Positions 47,241-55,595 of a DNA stretch of 64,000 nucleotides are shown one piece after another. Within the stretch, counting starts at the first letter, position 1, and each line of letters opens with the position of its first letter. Made by a program: the position numbers and the translations under genes. The stretch covers positions 2,838-66,837 of IMG/VR virus record IMGVR_UViG_3300024283_000013; one strand, given 5' to 3'. Origin of the DNA: a virus. Taxonomy: Duplodnaviria > Caudoviricetes. The notes beneath the pieces were generated by a model. That model saw only the letters and a list, made by a program, of their open reading frames with translations, had not been told where the DNA came from and ran no database searches.

Positions 47241-47345
47241 ATGGCCGAAGAAATCACCAATAGCGACGACATCATCGACTTTTCCGAAGCCCCCGTTTGG
47301 TCGCGCGCTCGCGCGGTCTACCGCAAGACGGGGAGAAAGGCGTGA
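47241..47345 (+). CDS. 34-aa ORF, possibly a truncated gene remnant
   Basis: Strong RBS GCACAGGAGA; MAEEITNSDDIIDFSEAPVWSRARAVYRKTGRKA. Confidence 0.45.
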   Translation: MAEEITNSDDIIDFSEAPVWSRARAVYRKTGRKA

Positions 47346-47575
47346 GCCGCGCCTACGACCAGCGCCGCGCCATGCGCGAACGCGAGCGCCAGCGGAATCT
47401 CTGCGGGGAAACGCTGGACGCTTTCCATGCGCGAGAAACGCCCGTCCGCACCCCGCCAGGCGCCGGCATCGCCGTCACCAGATGCCGGAAGACGCACGAC
47501 CTGTTCGACGACATGACCGACCGCGAGCGCAAGGGCGGCCCGTCGTTTTTCCACCTACTCATGCGGAGAGGATAG
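47342..47575 (+). CDS. Hypothetical protein
   Basis: GTGA coupling. Confidence 0.5.
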   Translation: MSRAYDQRRAMRERERQRNLCGETLDAFHARETPVRTPPGAGIAVTRCRKTHDLFDDMTDRERKGGPSFFHLLMRRG

Positions 47576-47577
47576 CC

Positions 47578-47817
47578 ATGGCAAAGGAACTGGAAATCAC
47601 CGTTGAACCGCGAGTCGTCGCCGAGCTTACAGGCCGCATCGCCACTATCCGCGGAGAGGGTAAAGGCAAGCAATACGTAGCCACCCTATACCGCGCCGGC
47701 TGGGCACTGCAGCAACGCCCCATTGGCGCCGAAGAGTGGACCAAGATGCGGGCTTTTGAAGACCTCCCCAAGCGGTTCCAGAAGACCGCCCTTTCAGTCA
47801 AGCAATTCGCGATCTAA
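47578..47817 (+). CDS. Hypothetical protein
   Basis: GGAGAGG RBS; start MAKELEI. Confidence 0.65.
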   Translation: MAKELEITVEPRVVAELTGRIATIRGEGKGKQYVATLYRAGWALQQRPIGAEEWTKMRAFEDLPKRFQKTALSVKQFAI

Positions 47818-47836
47818 GCAACTGCGACCAGCGGCC

Positions 47837-47868
47837 GGGCGGAGGCTCACCCCTCCGCCCTTTTCTTT
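47837..47868 (+). terminator. Rho-independent terminator of the plus-strand island
   Basis: GGGCGGAGG-CTCACC-CCTCCGCCC-TTTTCTTT. Confidence 0.85.
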
Positions 47869-47872
47869 GCCC

Positions 47873-47910
47873 AAATAGAACGGGGCGGAAGGCTCGCGAC
47901 CTCCCGCCCC
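47873..47910 (-). terminator. Probable terminator of the convergent replication operon
   Basis: Minus strand GGGGCGGGAGG-7nt-CCTTCCGCCCC-GTTCTATTT. Confidence 0.6.
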
Positions 47911-47979
47911 AACGTCCCCAATTCGGGCTTAGCATCCTTTCAGGCAGGTTGAGCCGGCAGCCGGCCGGCGCGGTCCCGG

Positions 47980-48789
47980 CTATTCGTCGCCGAAATCAGA
48001 TCCTTCGGGAATCTCCGCATACTCGGGCTCGACGTCGACCGCCGCCGAGGTGTCCCGTTTTGCCGCGCCATTTGATGGCAAGGTGCCTGCAGGCTCCGGC
48101 CGCGGTGGCAAGGTGACCAACGACTCCCCGCGCAACTGGCTCAGCTCGACCAGAAGGGCGTCCGCCTTGGCGTGGTTGCCGATCTTGCGATAGCTCCGCT
48201 CCATCCCCGCCAGGCGCTCCTCGAGCGTTTCCCGGACGGGTGCCACCACCTTGACCCGGTTGACCTCCCGCCACTCGGTCAGGACGGGTGCCGCCAGCCT
48301 GCAATCAGCATCTTCGGGCCGTGGACCGTAGTGCGCCGGCCAGTGCCCGCCAGGGCGATATAGACGGAGCTTGCGCCGATCAGCCTCGTGCGGGTCTACG
48401 GGTGCCGGCAAGGGTGCCTGCGCCCCGCGCACATCATGGCTGAAGTAATTCCCCTCCCGCACCTTGAGCATGTTGGCCGGCTTCAATAGCCAGTCCAGCG
48501 TGAATGTGAACGGCTTGCGGCCGACGCTCTGCGCTCGACCACACAGGAAGTCGCTGGTCCCGCACTTGTCGAGCAGGGCGGACCATTGATGAACGCCACC
48601 CAGTTCCTTCACCTGCTCCCGCAGCTTGGCCGGTCTGCCGTTCCCCAGCACCGTCGCCATGGGCCATCCGAACTTCTTGGCCCGCTCGTTCCACGCATCA
48701 AAGGCCGCTTGCGCAATTGGGCCAGGAGGAACCGCCTTCTCGGCACCAGACAACAGATCGAGTTGCGCAATCTCAGCGTCCTTCGGCAT
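47980..48789 (-). CDS. Replication-initiator C-terminal-domain protein (helicase-loader-interacting type)
   Basis: AFDAWNE...DFLCGR...FTLDWLLKPANMLKVREGNY; start re-assigned to MPKDA. Confidence 0.65.
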   Translation of the reverse strand: MPKDAEIAQLDLLSGAEKAVPPGPIAQAAFDAWNERAKKFGWPMATVLGNGRPAKLREQVKELGGVHQWSALLDKCGTSDFLCGRAQSVGRKPFTFTLDWLLKPANMLKVREGNYFSHDVRGAQAPLPAPVDPHEADRRKLRLYRPGGHWPAHYGPRPEDADCRLAAPVLTEWREVNRVKVVAPVRETLEERLAGMERSYRKIGNHAKADALLVELSQLRGESLVTLPPRPEPAGTLPSNGAAKRDTSAAVDVEPEYAEIPEGSDFGDE

Positions 48790-48964
48790 GCGCCTTCTCC
48801 GCTTGCGCCATGAATTCCGGATCCTTCGCACACGGGCACGGCCACTCCGGGCACGTCTCGTCGATCGGCAGGTCGTCCCAGTCAGGGCACCAATGGCCGT
48901 AGATACCCGTCAGCACCCGACCCCGCCAACGAAGGCTCTCCGCCTTCCATTGGTCGCTGCTCAT
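48773..48964 (-). CDS. Small Cys/His protein
   Basis: HWCPDWDDLPIDETCPEWPCPC; ATGA coupling. Confidence 0.6.
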   Translation of the reverse strand: MSSDQWKAESLRWRGRVLTGIYGHWCPDWDDLPIDETCPEWPCPCAKDPEFMAQAEKAHAEGR

Positions 48965-49848
48965 GCACCATCTCCACAGAAGCAGTCGACGATCTCATCC
49001 CGGTCGCCAAAATCGAAATTGGCTTGCCGCTGGACCGCATCCAGCATGGCGGCATAGCTCGGGCGATCCTTGCGGAAACGAGCTATGTCGACGTTCTGCC
49101 CATAATGGGCGCGCCGGATTTCCGCTTGGCGCTCTTGCTCAATCCACCACCCGGCAATCGCCGGTTCATCCCGCATCATACCCTGCACTGTGGCGGCAGA
49201 CTTCAGGAAACATAGATCGCAATTGCCGTGCGGCGTGGTGCCCCCGATGTTTTTGAGCGCAAGGTCGAAATTCTGCCTCTGCCAGAATGCCTGCACATCG
49301 CGCTTGGCTACACCGGCATGTGCCAATGGCATTATGATTTCTAGTTCGCCAGTTTCCCGGCTGTTCTCAGAGCGCAACCGCATTTTGGCAACTCGGCGCC
49401 CCTCATCAGCCCTCAAGCCCACGACCTTGTCGAACGCGCTCCATCCCAATCCAAACCGGGCAAAGCGGTTCATAGTACGGATTTTCAGTTCAACCGTGCA
49501 GAATCTAACGGTGGGGTTGGGGAGCATATGCCGCTCTTCGATCAGCGCATCGAATGGTTCGCCGTGTCGGCTCGCGGTGTCGTATGTCACGCGCCGCCAA
49601 CGGCGCGACCCGCCGTCGCCTTTGCAGTACTCCAGCCAGACCACATCTACGCCCCACCGCTCGCTGCAGTCGCGCACGAAATCCAGCGTCTGCGGCATCT
49701 CCTTGCCAGTGTTCGCGAATGTCACCTTCACGTCGCTCGGCATCGTCCCGCCATGGGCCTGCAGGATGCGCCACAGCATGTATCCCGATGTGCGCCCGCC
49801 GCTGAAACTGATGAGCGCCGGCCCCTGGATCTTGAATGGATCGCTCAT
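48961..49848 (-). CDS. PAPS-reductase-like (PP-loop adenine nucleotide alpha hydrolase) protein
   Basis: ISFSGGRTSGYM; FANTGKE; RFCTVELK; GLRADE; GNCDLCFLK; start re-assigned to MSDPF. Confidence 0.85.
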   Translation of the reverse strand: MSDPFKIQGPALISFSGGRTSGYMLWRILQAHGGTMPSDVKVTFANTGKEMPQTLDFVRDCSERWGVDVVWLEYCKGDGGSRRWRRVTYDTASRHGEPFDALIEERHMLPNPTVRFCTVELKIRTMNRFARFGLGWSAFDKVVGLRADEGRRVAKMRLRSENSRETGELEIIMPLAHAGVAKRDVQAFWQRQNFDLALKNIGGTTPHGNCDLCFLKSAATVQGMMRDEPAIAGWWIEQERQAEIRRAHYGQNVDIARFRKDRPSYAAMLDAVQRQANFDFGDRDEIVDCFCGDGA

Positions 49849-49987
49849 GCTCGTTGCTCCGCCTTGGCTCGGCCCCATGCAGGAAGTCGGGTGCCGGCGT
49901 AACACCCGTCGGCGTCGCGCTCAGGCTCGCGGTCGGATGTCGTGTGGTAGCCCCAGGAGGACCATCGACGCTTGCGACCGGGCCTCA

Positions 49988-50176
49988 TCAGATCAGCCCC
50001 TTCTCTTGGGCCAGCCACTCGGGACAGGTGAGGATGCCGTCCTCGATTTCGCACTGGCTCTTGGGCAGCCAGATCAGATTCTTCGGATCGTCGGCATCCT
50101 CGATCCCCCACGCGGCCGCAGTCTCCCGCCGCACCACGACCTCAAGGTCGACCAGATCGGACTTGTAGCCGCTCAT
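49988..50176 (-). CDS. Conserved small phage protein
   Basis: SDLVDL...ET..A...WLPKSQCE...PEWLAQEKGLI family. Confidence 0.75.
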   Translation of the reverse strand: MSGYKSDLVDLEVVVRRETAAAWGIEDADDPKNLIWLPKSQCEIEDGILTCPEWLAQEKGLI

Positions 50177-50613
50177 TGCCGACCCCTCGGAGGCATCGTG
50201 TAACTCGCCGTTGGCAAGAACCGCTCATGCATCGCTGGCTCCAACGGCGCCCGCAGTTCCAACCCATCCACCGACACACGAGGTTCGCAGAAGTGATTCC
50301 CCGCAGGGAGACCGATGAACCGAAAGGCCAGCCCGCAGTCTGCGCACTTCACTTGAATGTTAGCCGTGTAGCCCGTAATCGGACCGCCATCTTCATCCGA
50401 CAAGCGGCCTATGTCTGCACGGCACTCAAAACGCAGGTGCGCGCAATCACCTCCGCCGCCGACTTTCCCGCGGAATGCCTCAGCAGCACGTTGCCGGTCT
50501 TTACTGTCGCGTAAATCAGCTCGTTCCTGCTGACAGACAGAACATATCCCTGGACCGCCGCAGCGAGCCTTCACCCCATTGGCATTGGGAATTATCCAAC
50601 CATGCCCGCTCAT
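50173..50613 (-). CDS. Cys-rich hypothetical protein
   Basis: TAATG coupling; RCGGPGICSVC and CADCG motifs. Confidence 0.65.
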   Translation of the reverse strand: MSGHGWIIPNANGVKARCGGPGICSVCQQERADLRDSKDRQRAAEAFRGKVGGGGDCAHLRFECRADIGRLSDEDGGPITGYTANIQVKCADCGLAFRFIGLPAGNHFCEPRVSVDGLELRAPLEPAMHERFLPTASYTMPPRGRQ

Positions 50614-51053
50614 TACGGCCTCCCTTCTCGACGACGCACTTCCGGCGTCGGTGCCATCCGGTTGACCTCCACTAGCGATAGCGGCTTGCGCCAGTGCATC
50701 GCCTTCATGGGGTGACCAATCTCCATTTCCGCCTTCTGCCAGTCCTCGGCTATCCAAGGCTCGCTGCTCCCGTGACCGAACAAAATGCGGTCGCGCAGCG
50801 CTTCCATCCGTCGCCATGTCGTGCGGCTCCAATCCCCCAGCAGCATAGTTTGCCGCGCAGGAATGTCCTCCTTCGACAGGCTCAGGTGCCATAGCGGCCG
50901 ACCGACCGCATAGACCGTTCATTCCATGCCAATGTTCACCGTCAGGCAGGCCGACACATCTCGCTCGGCAAGCCACCAGTGGCCTCGAACTATATGCTTG
51001 GTTGGATCAAATACTGGATATGCCAGCGCGAACTCGACTTGAACCTTCGACAT
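50613..51053 (-). pseudogene. 147-codon gene interrupted by one in-frame TGA (50919-50921)
   Basis: Track ORFs 50919-51143 and 50613-50846 share a frame; the bridging 24 codons read TVYAVGRPLWHLSLSKEDIPARQT; GGAGG RBS before ATG 51053. Confidence 0.6.
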
Positions 51054-51067
51054 TTCCCAGCCTCCTA

Positions 51068-51424
51068 TTACCGGCGTGTCCGTCCATTCGGCAGCACGGC
51101 AATCGCTCGAGCGGCAATGCGCTTTTCCGCTTCGTCCGCGCACTCATTGCGCAAGATACGAAGCGCCCTCTTCCGATTCTCTATCTCCGTTTCAAGCTTG
51201 AATTCACGAGTTTTGATCGGTGCATCCCAGTTGCGTATCGACTGCCGAAGCCACTGGTAGGGATCAACAATTGCGCCGCAGTCCCTACACTCAATGATGG
51301 GCTCGCTTCCGTCCACAGCAATGCGCCAATGCTGACAGAAAGCCCGTTTCGCGTTCGTGGCAGTTTCCCGAAATGCCATGGACGGAACCCCAGGAACAAA
51401 CGGCACTACCTTGTCATCGCTCAC
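51068..51424 (-). CDS. Zn-finger plus coiled-coil hypothetical protein
   Basis: CQH...IECRDCGAIVDPYQWL. Confidence 0.65.
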   Translation of the reverse strand: MSDDKVVPFVPGVPSMAFRETATNAKRAFCQHWRIAVDGSEPIIECRDCGAIVDPYQWLRQSIRNWDAPIKTREFKLETEIENRKRALRILRNECADEAEKRIAARAIAVLPNGRTRR

Positions 51425-51433
51425 CGTCGCCTC

Positions 51434-51967
51434 CTATGAAATCTCGCCCGTCAGATCGTACTTCACCCACTTCAACGCGCGCTCGACCATCGCCCGATCT
51501 TCCGCCGTCCAGCGCTCCTTGAACATCAGATCGCGAAATAACTTCAGGACTTTGTTCGACATCGTCGCGTCGCCCCGCGCGCAAGCCTCGCAGGCAGCCG
51601 CGATCTTGCGGCGCAGCGCCTTGTCCGCCGTCGCCTGCATCCCATCATCCTCGCGTGCAGGCTCGCCCTTCGACCACATGCCCTTGAGGCGGTCGACCTC
51701 GCGCTGCAGCCGAGCGTTTTCTTCGCGCAAATGCTTTGCCACATCGGCTGATTGACGCGCCGCCTGCCCCCAACTCCGCATCTGCTCCATTTGCTCGAAG
51801 CTCAGGTCCGTCGAGCCGCTTCCGTTCACCCCGACGCTCTGCCAGGTCAGCCCCTCGCGCTTCAGAAACTCCGTCGCCTTCGCAGCCGCCGCCGCCCGCT
51901 CGCCGTCGTGGTTCGATCCCAGCAGGCCGCACAGCTTGCGGAAGCGTGCCAACGACGCGCCGTCCAT
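51434..51967 (-). CDS. DUF2786-like protein
   Basis: RFRKLCGLLGSNHDGERAAAAAKATEFLKREGLTW. Confidence 0.65.
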   Translation of the reverse strand: MDGASLARFRKLCGLLGSNHDGERAAAAAKATEFLKREGLTWQSVGVNGSGSTDLSFEQMEQMRSWGQAARQSADVAKHLREENARLQREVDRLKGMWSKGEPAREDDGMQATADKALRRKIAAACEACARGDATMSNKVLKLFRDLMFKERWTAEDRAMVERALKWVKYDLTGEIS

Positions 51968-52167
51968 CAGCGCAACTCCTCGGCTTCAATCTCTGCCGAC
52001 AGCATCTCAAGGAAGCGCTTGTTAAAGTCGATCAGCTTCCCCTGCGATCGCAAAACCGGGCTATGCGTTCCTTCCAAGCGAGCGTAGCGCGCCATCAACA
52101 TCCGGTGTTCTTTTTGGCGCTCGGATTTCCACGCCCGCAGGGAATTGAGATAGTACCCGTCAGCCAT
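51967..52167 (-). CDS. Hypothetical protein
   Basis: Start MADGYY; TGATG coupling downstream. Confidence 0.5.
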   Translation of the reverse strand: MADGYYLNSLRAWKSERQKEHRMLMARYARLEGTHSPVLRSQGKLIDFNKRFLEMLSAEIEAEELR

Positions 52168-52169
52168 GG

Positions 52170-52397
52170 CTACCGTCCCACGTTCACAGTGACGTGCCGC
52201 AGCCCAGCGAAGATGCTCGCCATCAGCCGGTTCTCCGACCCCGAGCGCACCACGAACTGGTCGCCCTCCGTCATCCACACATCCAAGGCAACCTCGTCCC
52301 CGCCCCGGATCGCCTTCAGGTGCCGCGCGATGCGCCGGCCCGACAGCCGCTCAATCTGCCGGTCGGTCATCACGATCTTGCCGATAGGTGCGCGCAT
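52170..52397 (-). CDS. Hypothetical protein
   Basis: GGGAG RBS; start MRAPIG. Confidence 0.5.
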   Translation of the reverse strand: MRAPIGKIVMTDRQIERLSGRRIARHLKAIRGGDEVALDVWMTEGDQFVVRSGSENRLMASIFAGLRHVTVNVGR

Positions 52398-52944
52398 CGA
52401 ATTGCTCCCGCCCGCTTCCTCTCTATTCAGGAGAGGATGCTCATGATCTTGAAACCGTTTCACGGTGGATTTTCTCGGACGGTGGGGGAACTGGCGGGTG
52501 CCAATTGTCCACAGCCCGTGGATAGCATCGGATCACCGTAGGACTCCGAGCCAGGCCCGACCATTGAGAAGCAAGTTTAGGCGAGAACGCTCCCCAAAGG
52601 AGGGGCTACAGCCAAACCGTCCCGGACCTAAGTCCGCTCGCCTGTCATTCCGCCGATCCCGAACCAGAACCAAACGGACCCCAGAGAAAATCCTTCAAAA
52701 GCCGGGGACTCGCTAACAACGATGGCGTTGGTTTTCGTGGACGGATGAAACAGAGTGAGGCATACCTAGTTGCCTTCTGGCTGTTTCAGCAGCCATCCGG
52801 TCCTCGCAGCGCCACACTGCTTTGGACCTGTCCAGCGCCCCCTTTGCCGGGGGCGTTGGCGTGTTCGGAGGATGCGCGCGAGATTTTGGGTTGGCAACAG
52901 AATTTGCTGATTGCCCTGAATAAATTTCAAGCGCACCATAAAAC

Positions 52945-53610
52945 ATGCCAAGGCCAACAGGGCACATCGATCTGGTGTGGAGCGAGACGCAACTCAACCA
53001 AATGCGCTCGCTTGTGGAAGAAGGCACGCTTTCTATTGAGGAAATCGGCCGACGCTTCGGCTGCTGCGGTCACACCATCCGCGCTCGCGCCAAGCGCTTC
53101 GGCTGGAACTTACCCACATCCTGGCTCCGCACGCCAATTGAGAAGCGCCTCGCGGCCAAGAGCCATCGCGATCCGGGTGGCTGCCTGCTGTGGGATGGAC
53201 CGACTACGGTCTACGGCTATGGCGTCATCAGCTACGAGAAGCGTTTGCAACCCGTCCACCGAGTTGCATGGCAAATCACTAACGGACCAATCCCAAATGG
53301 CCTCCATGTCTGCCACACTTGCGACGTCCGCAATTGCATTGAGCCAAGTCACCTTTGGCTCGGCACACATCAGGACAACGTTGATGACCGAGTAGCCAAA
53401 GGCCGATCAAAGGGCAATCGTGATTCTGGATATATGAAACTCACTGACGAGCAGGTTGCTGCCATTCGCGCTGATCCGCGTAGCCCTTGGTATCTCTCGC
53501 CGATCTACGGAATCTCTTACGAACATCTCCGCCGAATCAAAAAGGGTGAGGTTCGCAAGCGGTCGCTGGCCACGTCCGGCTCATCTCCCCAACCTGATGG
53601 AGACCTCTGA
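52945..53610 (+). CDS. HNH endonuclease with N- and C-terminal HTH
   Basis: CLLWDG...GYG...VHRVAW...VCHTCDVRNCIEPSHLWLGTHQDNVDD. Confidence 0.85.
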   Translation: MPRPTGHIDLVWSETQLNQMRSLVEEGTLSIEEIGRRFGCCGHTIRARAKRFGWNLPTSWLRTPIEKRLAAKSHRDPGGCLLWDGPTTVYGYGVISYEKRLQPVHRVAWQITNGPIPNGLHVCHTCDVRNCIEPSHLWLGTHQDNVDDRVAKGRSKGNRDSGYMKLTDEQVAAIRADPRSPWYLSPIYGISYEHLRRIKKGEVRKRSLATSGSSPQPDGDL

Positions 53611-54086
53611 TGCCATGCGAGTTTTCACTCGAACTCTATGCGACCACCGACGCCAAGCAGGGCGCGACCTACGAGATCACCCGCTTCCCCAGCGGCACCA
53701 AGGGCCTCAAGGCCCGTGAAGGCGACAAGACCAAGGCTGGACTCGTCGTCGCCGGGGACGGCACGATCAATGGCTCCCTCTGCGCCGCCTGCCTCCCGGC
53801 CGGCTCCCTCTGCCACCTCGAGCGGCCGAACAGCAGCATCGAAGTCGCCGTGTTCGTCAAGCTCGACATCGGCGGCCCCGGGACCCATGTGCACCGCGAC
53901 GGCTTCGTCTTCAGCGGTGGCCGCGACGTGACCATGCAGTCCGATGCCGACCTCCCGATCGGCACCAAACTCACCGTGCTGGTGCTCGGCATGGCCAACG
54001 CCAAGGAAGACGCCGACCTCGCCTCCCCCGCACTGCCTCCCGAGATCCCCGGCGCCATCGAGAGCATTGCCGAGCTGATCGGCTGA
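53610..54086 (+). CDS. Hypothetical protein resembling the MCDYSL family of Rhizobiales
   Basis: MPCEFSL...ITRF...ACLPAG.L...HRDGFVF...LTVLVL (family recalled, not searched). Confidence 0.55.
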   Translation: MPCEFSLELYATTDAKQGATYEITRFPSGTKGLKAREGDKTKAGLVVAGDGTINGSLCAACLPAGSLCHLERPNSSIEVAVFVKLDIGGPGTHVHRDGFVFSGGRDVTMQSDADLPIGTKLTVLVLGMANAKEDADLASPALPPEIPGAIESIAELIG

Positions 54087-54140
54087 GCCCAAAGGTTTGG
54101 CGGCCTGTCTTCCGCCGATGGAGACCCGGGTCACCCGGTC

Positions 54141-54177
54141 GGGACGCCCTCGGTGTTAATCGGGGGCGTTTCCCTTT
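54141..54177 (+). terminator. Hairpin between convergent genes, probable terminator
   Basis: GGGA-CGCCCTCGG...TCGGGGGCG-TT-TCCC-TTT. Confidence 0.45.
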
Positions 54178-54192
54178 GCCGCAAGATCGACG

Positions 54193-55068
54193 CTAGGGCC
54201 GGAAATTGCCTCGCTGGAGCGGTTCTGGCGTCGACTGGCACCCAAGGCCAGCCCCGACGGATCTCGGCACCTTCCGTGGATAGTACGCCTTCGCAATCCA
54301 CCGGGAGAGCGGGAGCGGGATCTTCGCGATCATGGCGCTGGCGAACTTACGGGCGGGGGATTTGGAGCCCGAGCTTGCCAGGCTGTCCTTGGTGCGGGGT
54401 CCGTCGTTGAACCATTGCGTGCCGCCGGGGGCCTTCCGCCCGTCCGGGGTTTGCCCCTTCCCGCTGGTCGTGTTGTGCGCGACGTTGAACCACGAGCCGC
54501 CGGTGTTTTTGGTGTGGCGGTCGGCATGGGTATTGAACGCGAGGCCGGGGACATGCTTCGGATGGTCGGGCGGATACCAGCCGGCGCCCATGGTTGGCAC
54601 CTTGATGGCCTTCGCGTTCGGCATCAACGCCGGCACATCGCCCCACAAATAAAAGCTGCCGTAGTTCCAGCGAGCTCGCCCGACCCATGGCTGAGCCCCG
54701 CGCACGTTCTCGACTATCATCGGGATGTGCCTACCGGCCGCCGCGCACGCCTCGCGCTGGATGCGGAAGCAGGCGTCGAACAGCGTATTGTCAGGCGGCG
54801 GCAATGCCTTGGCCCGCTTCCACGGCATCGCGCGGTAGCTGTAAGCCTGGCACGGCGGCGAGGCCACGATCAGGTCGGCGGTACGGAACTGCGAGCCATG
54901 GAGCGTCAGCACGTCCTGAATGACGAGCCGAAATTCTGGTGGCCGCGGCATGCCGAAATTGGCGTGCATGTCTTCCAGATCGAACCCAATGACCTGATAC
55001 CCTTCCGCCACCAGCCCCGCCGACCAACCAAAAAGGCCGCAGAACAAATCGATCGCCAACGGCTTCAT
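54193..55068 (-). CDS. C5-cytosine DNA methyltransferase (compact phage type)
   Basis: Motif I IDLFCGLFGWSAG, motif IV ASPPCQAYS, motif VI IVENVRGA; start re-assigned to ATG 55068. Confidence 0.85.
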   Translation of the reverse strand: MKPLAIDLFCGLFGWSAGLVAEGYQVIGFDLEDMHANFGMPRPPEFRLVIQDVLTLHGSQFRTADLIVASPPCQAYSYRAMPWKRAKALPPPDNTLFDACFRIQREACAAAGRHIPMIVENVRGAQPWVGRARWNYGSFYLWGDVPALMPNAKAIKVPTMGAGWYPPDHPKHVPGLAFNTHADRHTKNTGGSWFNVAHNTTSGKGQTPDGRKAPGGTQWFNDGPRTKDSLASSGSKSPARKFASAMIAKIPLPLSRWIAKAYYPRKVPRSVGAGLGCQSTPEPLQRGNFRP

Positions 55069-55595
55069 CCGGCCAGCATCCCGTACACCACAAGCCCCAC
55101 AGCGGCAGCATCCGCCTGGTGGTCGTCGGCCACCGCCCACCCGCGCTTCGTCGTCGCCGCCGCCACCATCCGCCGCTTCCATTCCTTCGACCGGTCGGCA
55201 GCCGGTTGCCCTTTCCATTCCGGCCCCAGTGTGCCCGCGCCGGTGAGCGCCACCTTCGCCGAAATCGTCGCCACCTCGAATATCTTCGGAACGCCCCACT
55301 CCAACGCTGTGGTCTCAATTTCGCTCGCAAGGGCGATCTGCAGTCGGATGGTGCTCGCCTGCGTCAGCCCCGCCCCCATGCTCGGCGCCATCACCAAGGG
55401 GCTCTCGAACCCGACGATGCCCGGCTTATGCTCCACCAGCATGTCCCGTAGCCACCGCCGCAGTGCTACCGTCCGCGGACCAATCTCGCCGCCCTGCTTC
55501 AGTCGAAATGTCCCGAAACGCGGCGACGGGTCGGCCGGTCCCCGCCAAAGAGACCAACCGACCCGCGTGGATAGATCCAGAAAAAGCCCGATCAG
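55065..55595 (-). CDS. RuvC-like Holliday junction resolvase
   Basis: Upstream extension reads LIGLFLDLSTRVGWSLW; GFESP; DHQADAAAV; start appears to be CTG 55595. Confidence 0.7.
   Translation of the reverse strand: MIGLFLDLSTRVGWSLWRGPADPSPRFGTFRLKQGGEIGPRTVALRRWLRDMLVEHKPGIVGFESPLVMAPSMGAGLTQASTIRLQIALASEIETTALEWGVPKIFEVATISAKVALTGAGTLGPEWKGQPAADRSKEWKRRMVAAATTKRGWAVADDHQADAAAVGLVVYGMLAG

Noticed and set aside
50919-50921. Alternative genetic code (TGA recoded)
   Set aside because: Dozens of genes terminate at TGA with ATGA/GTGA coupling; only one internal TGA was found.
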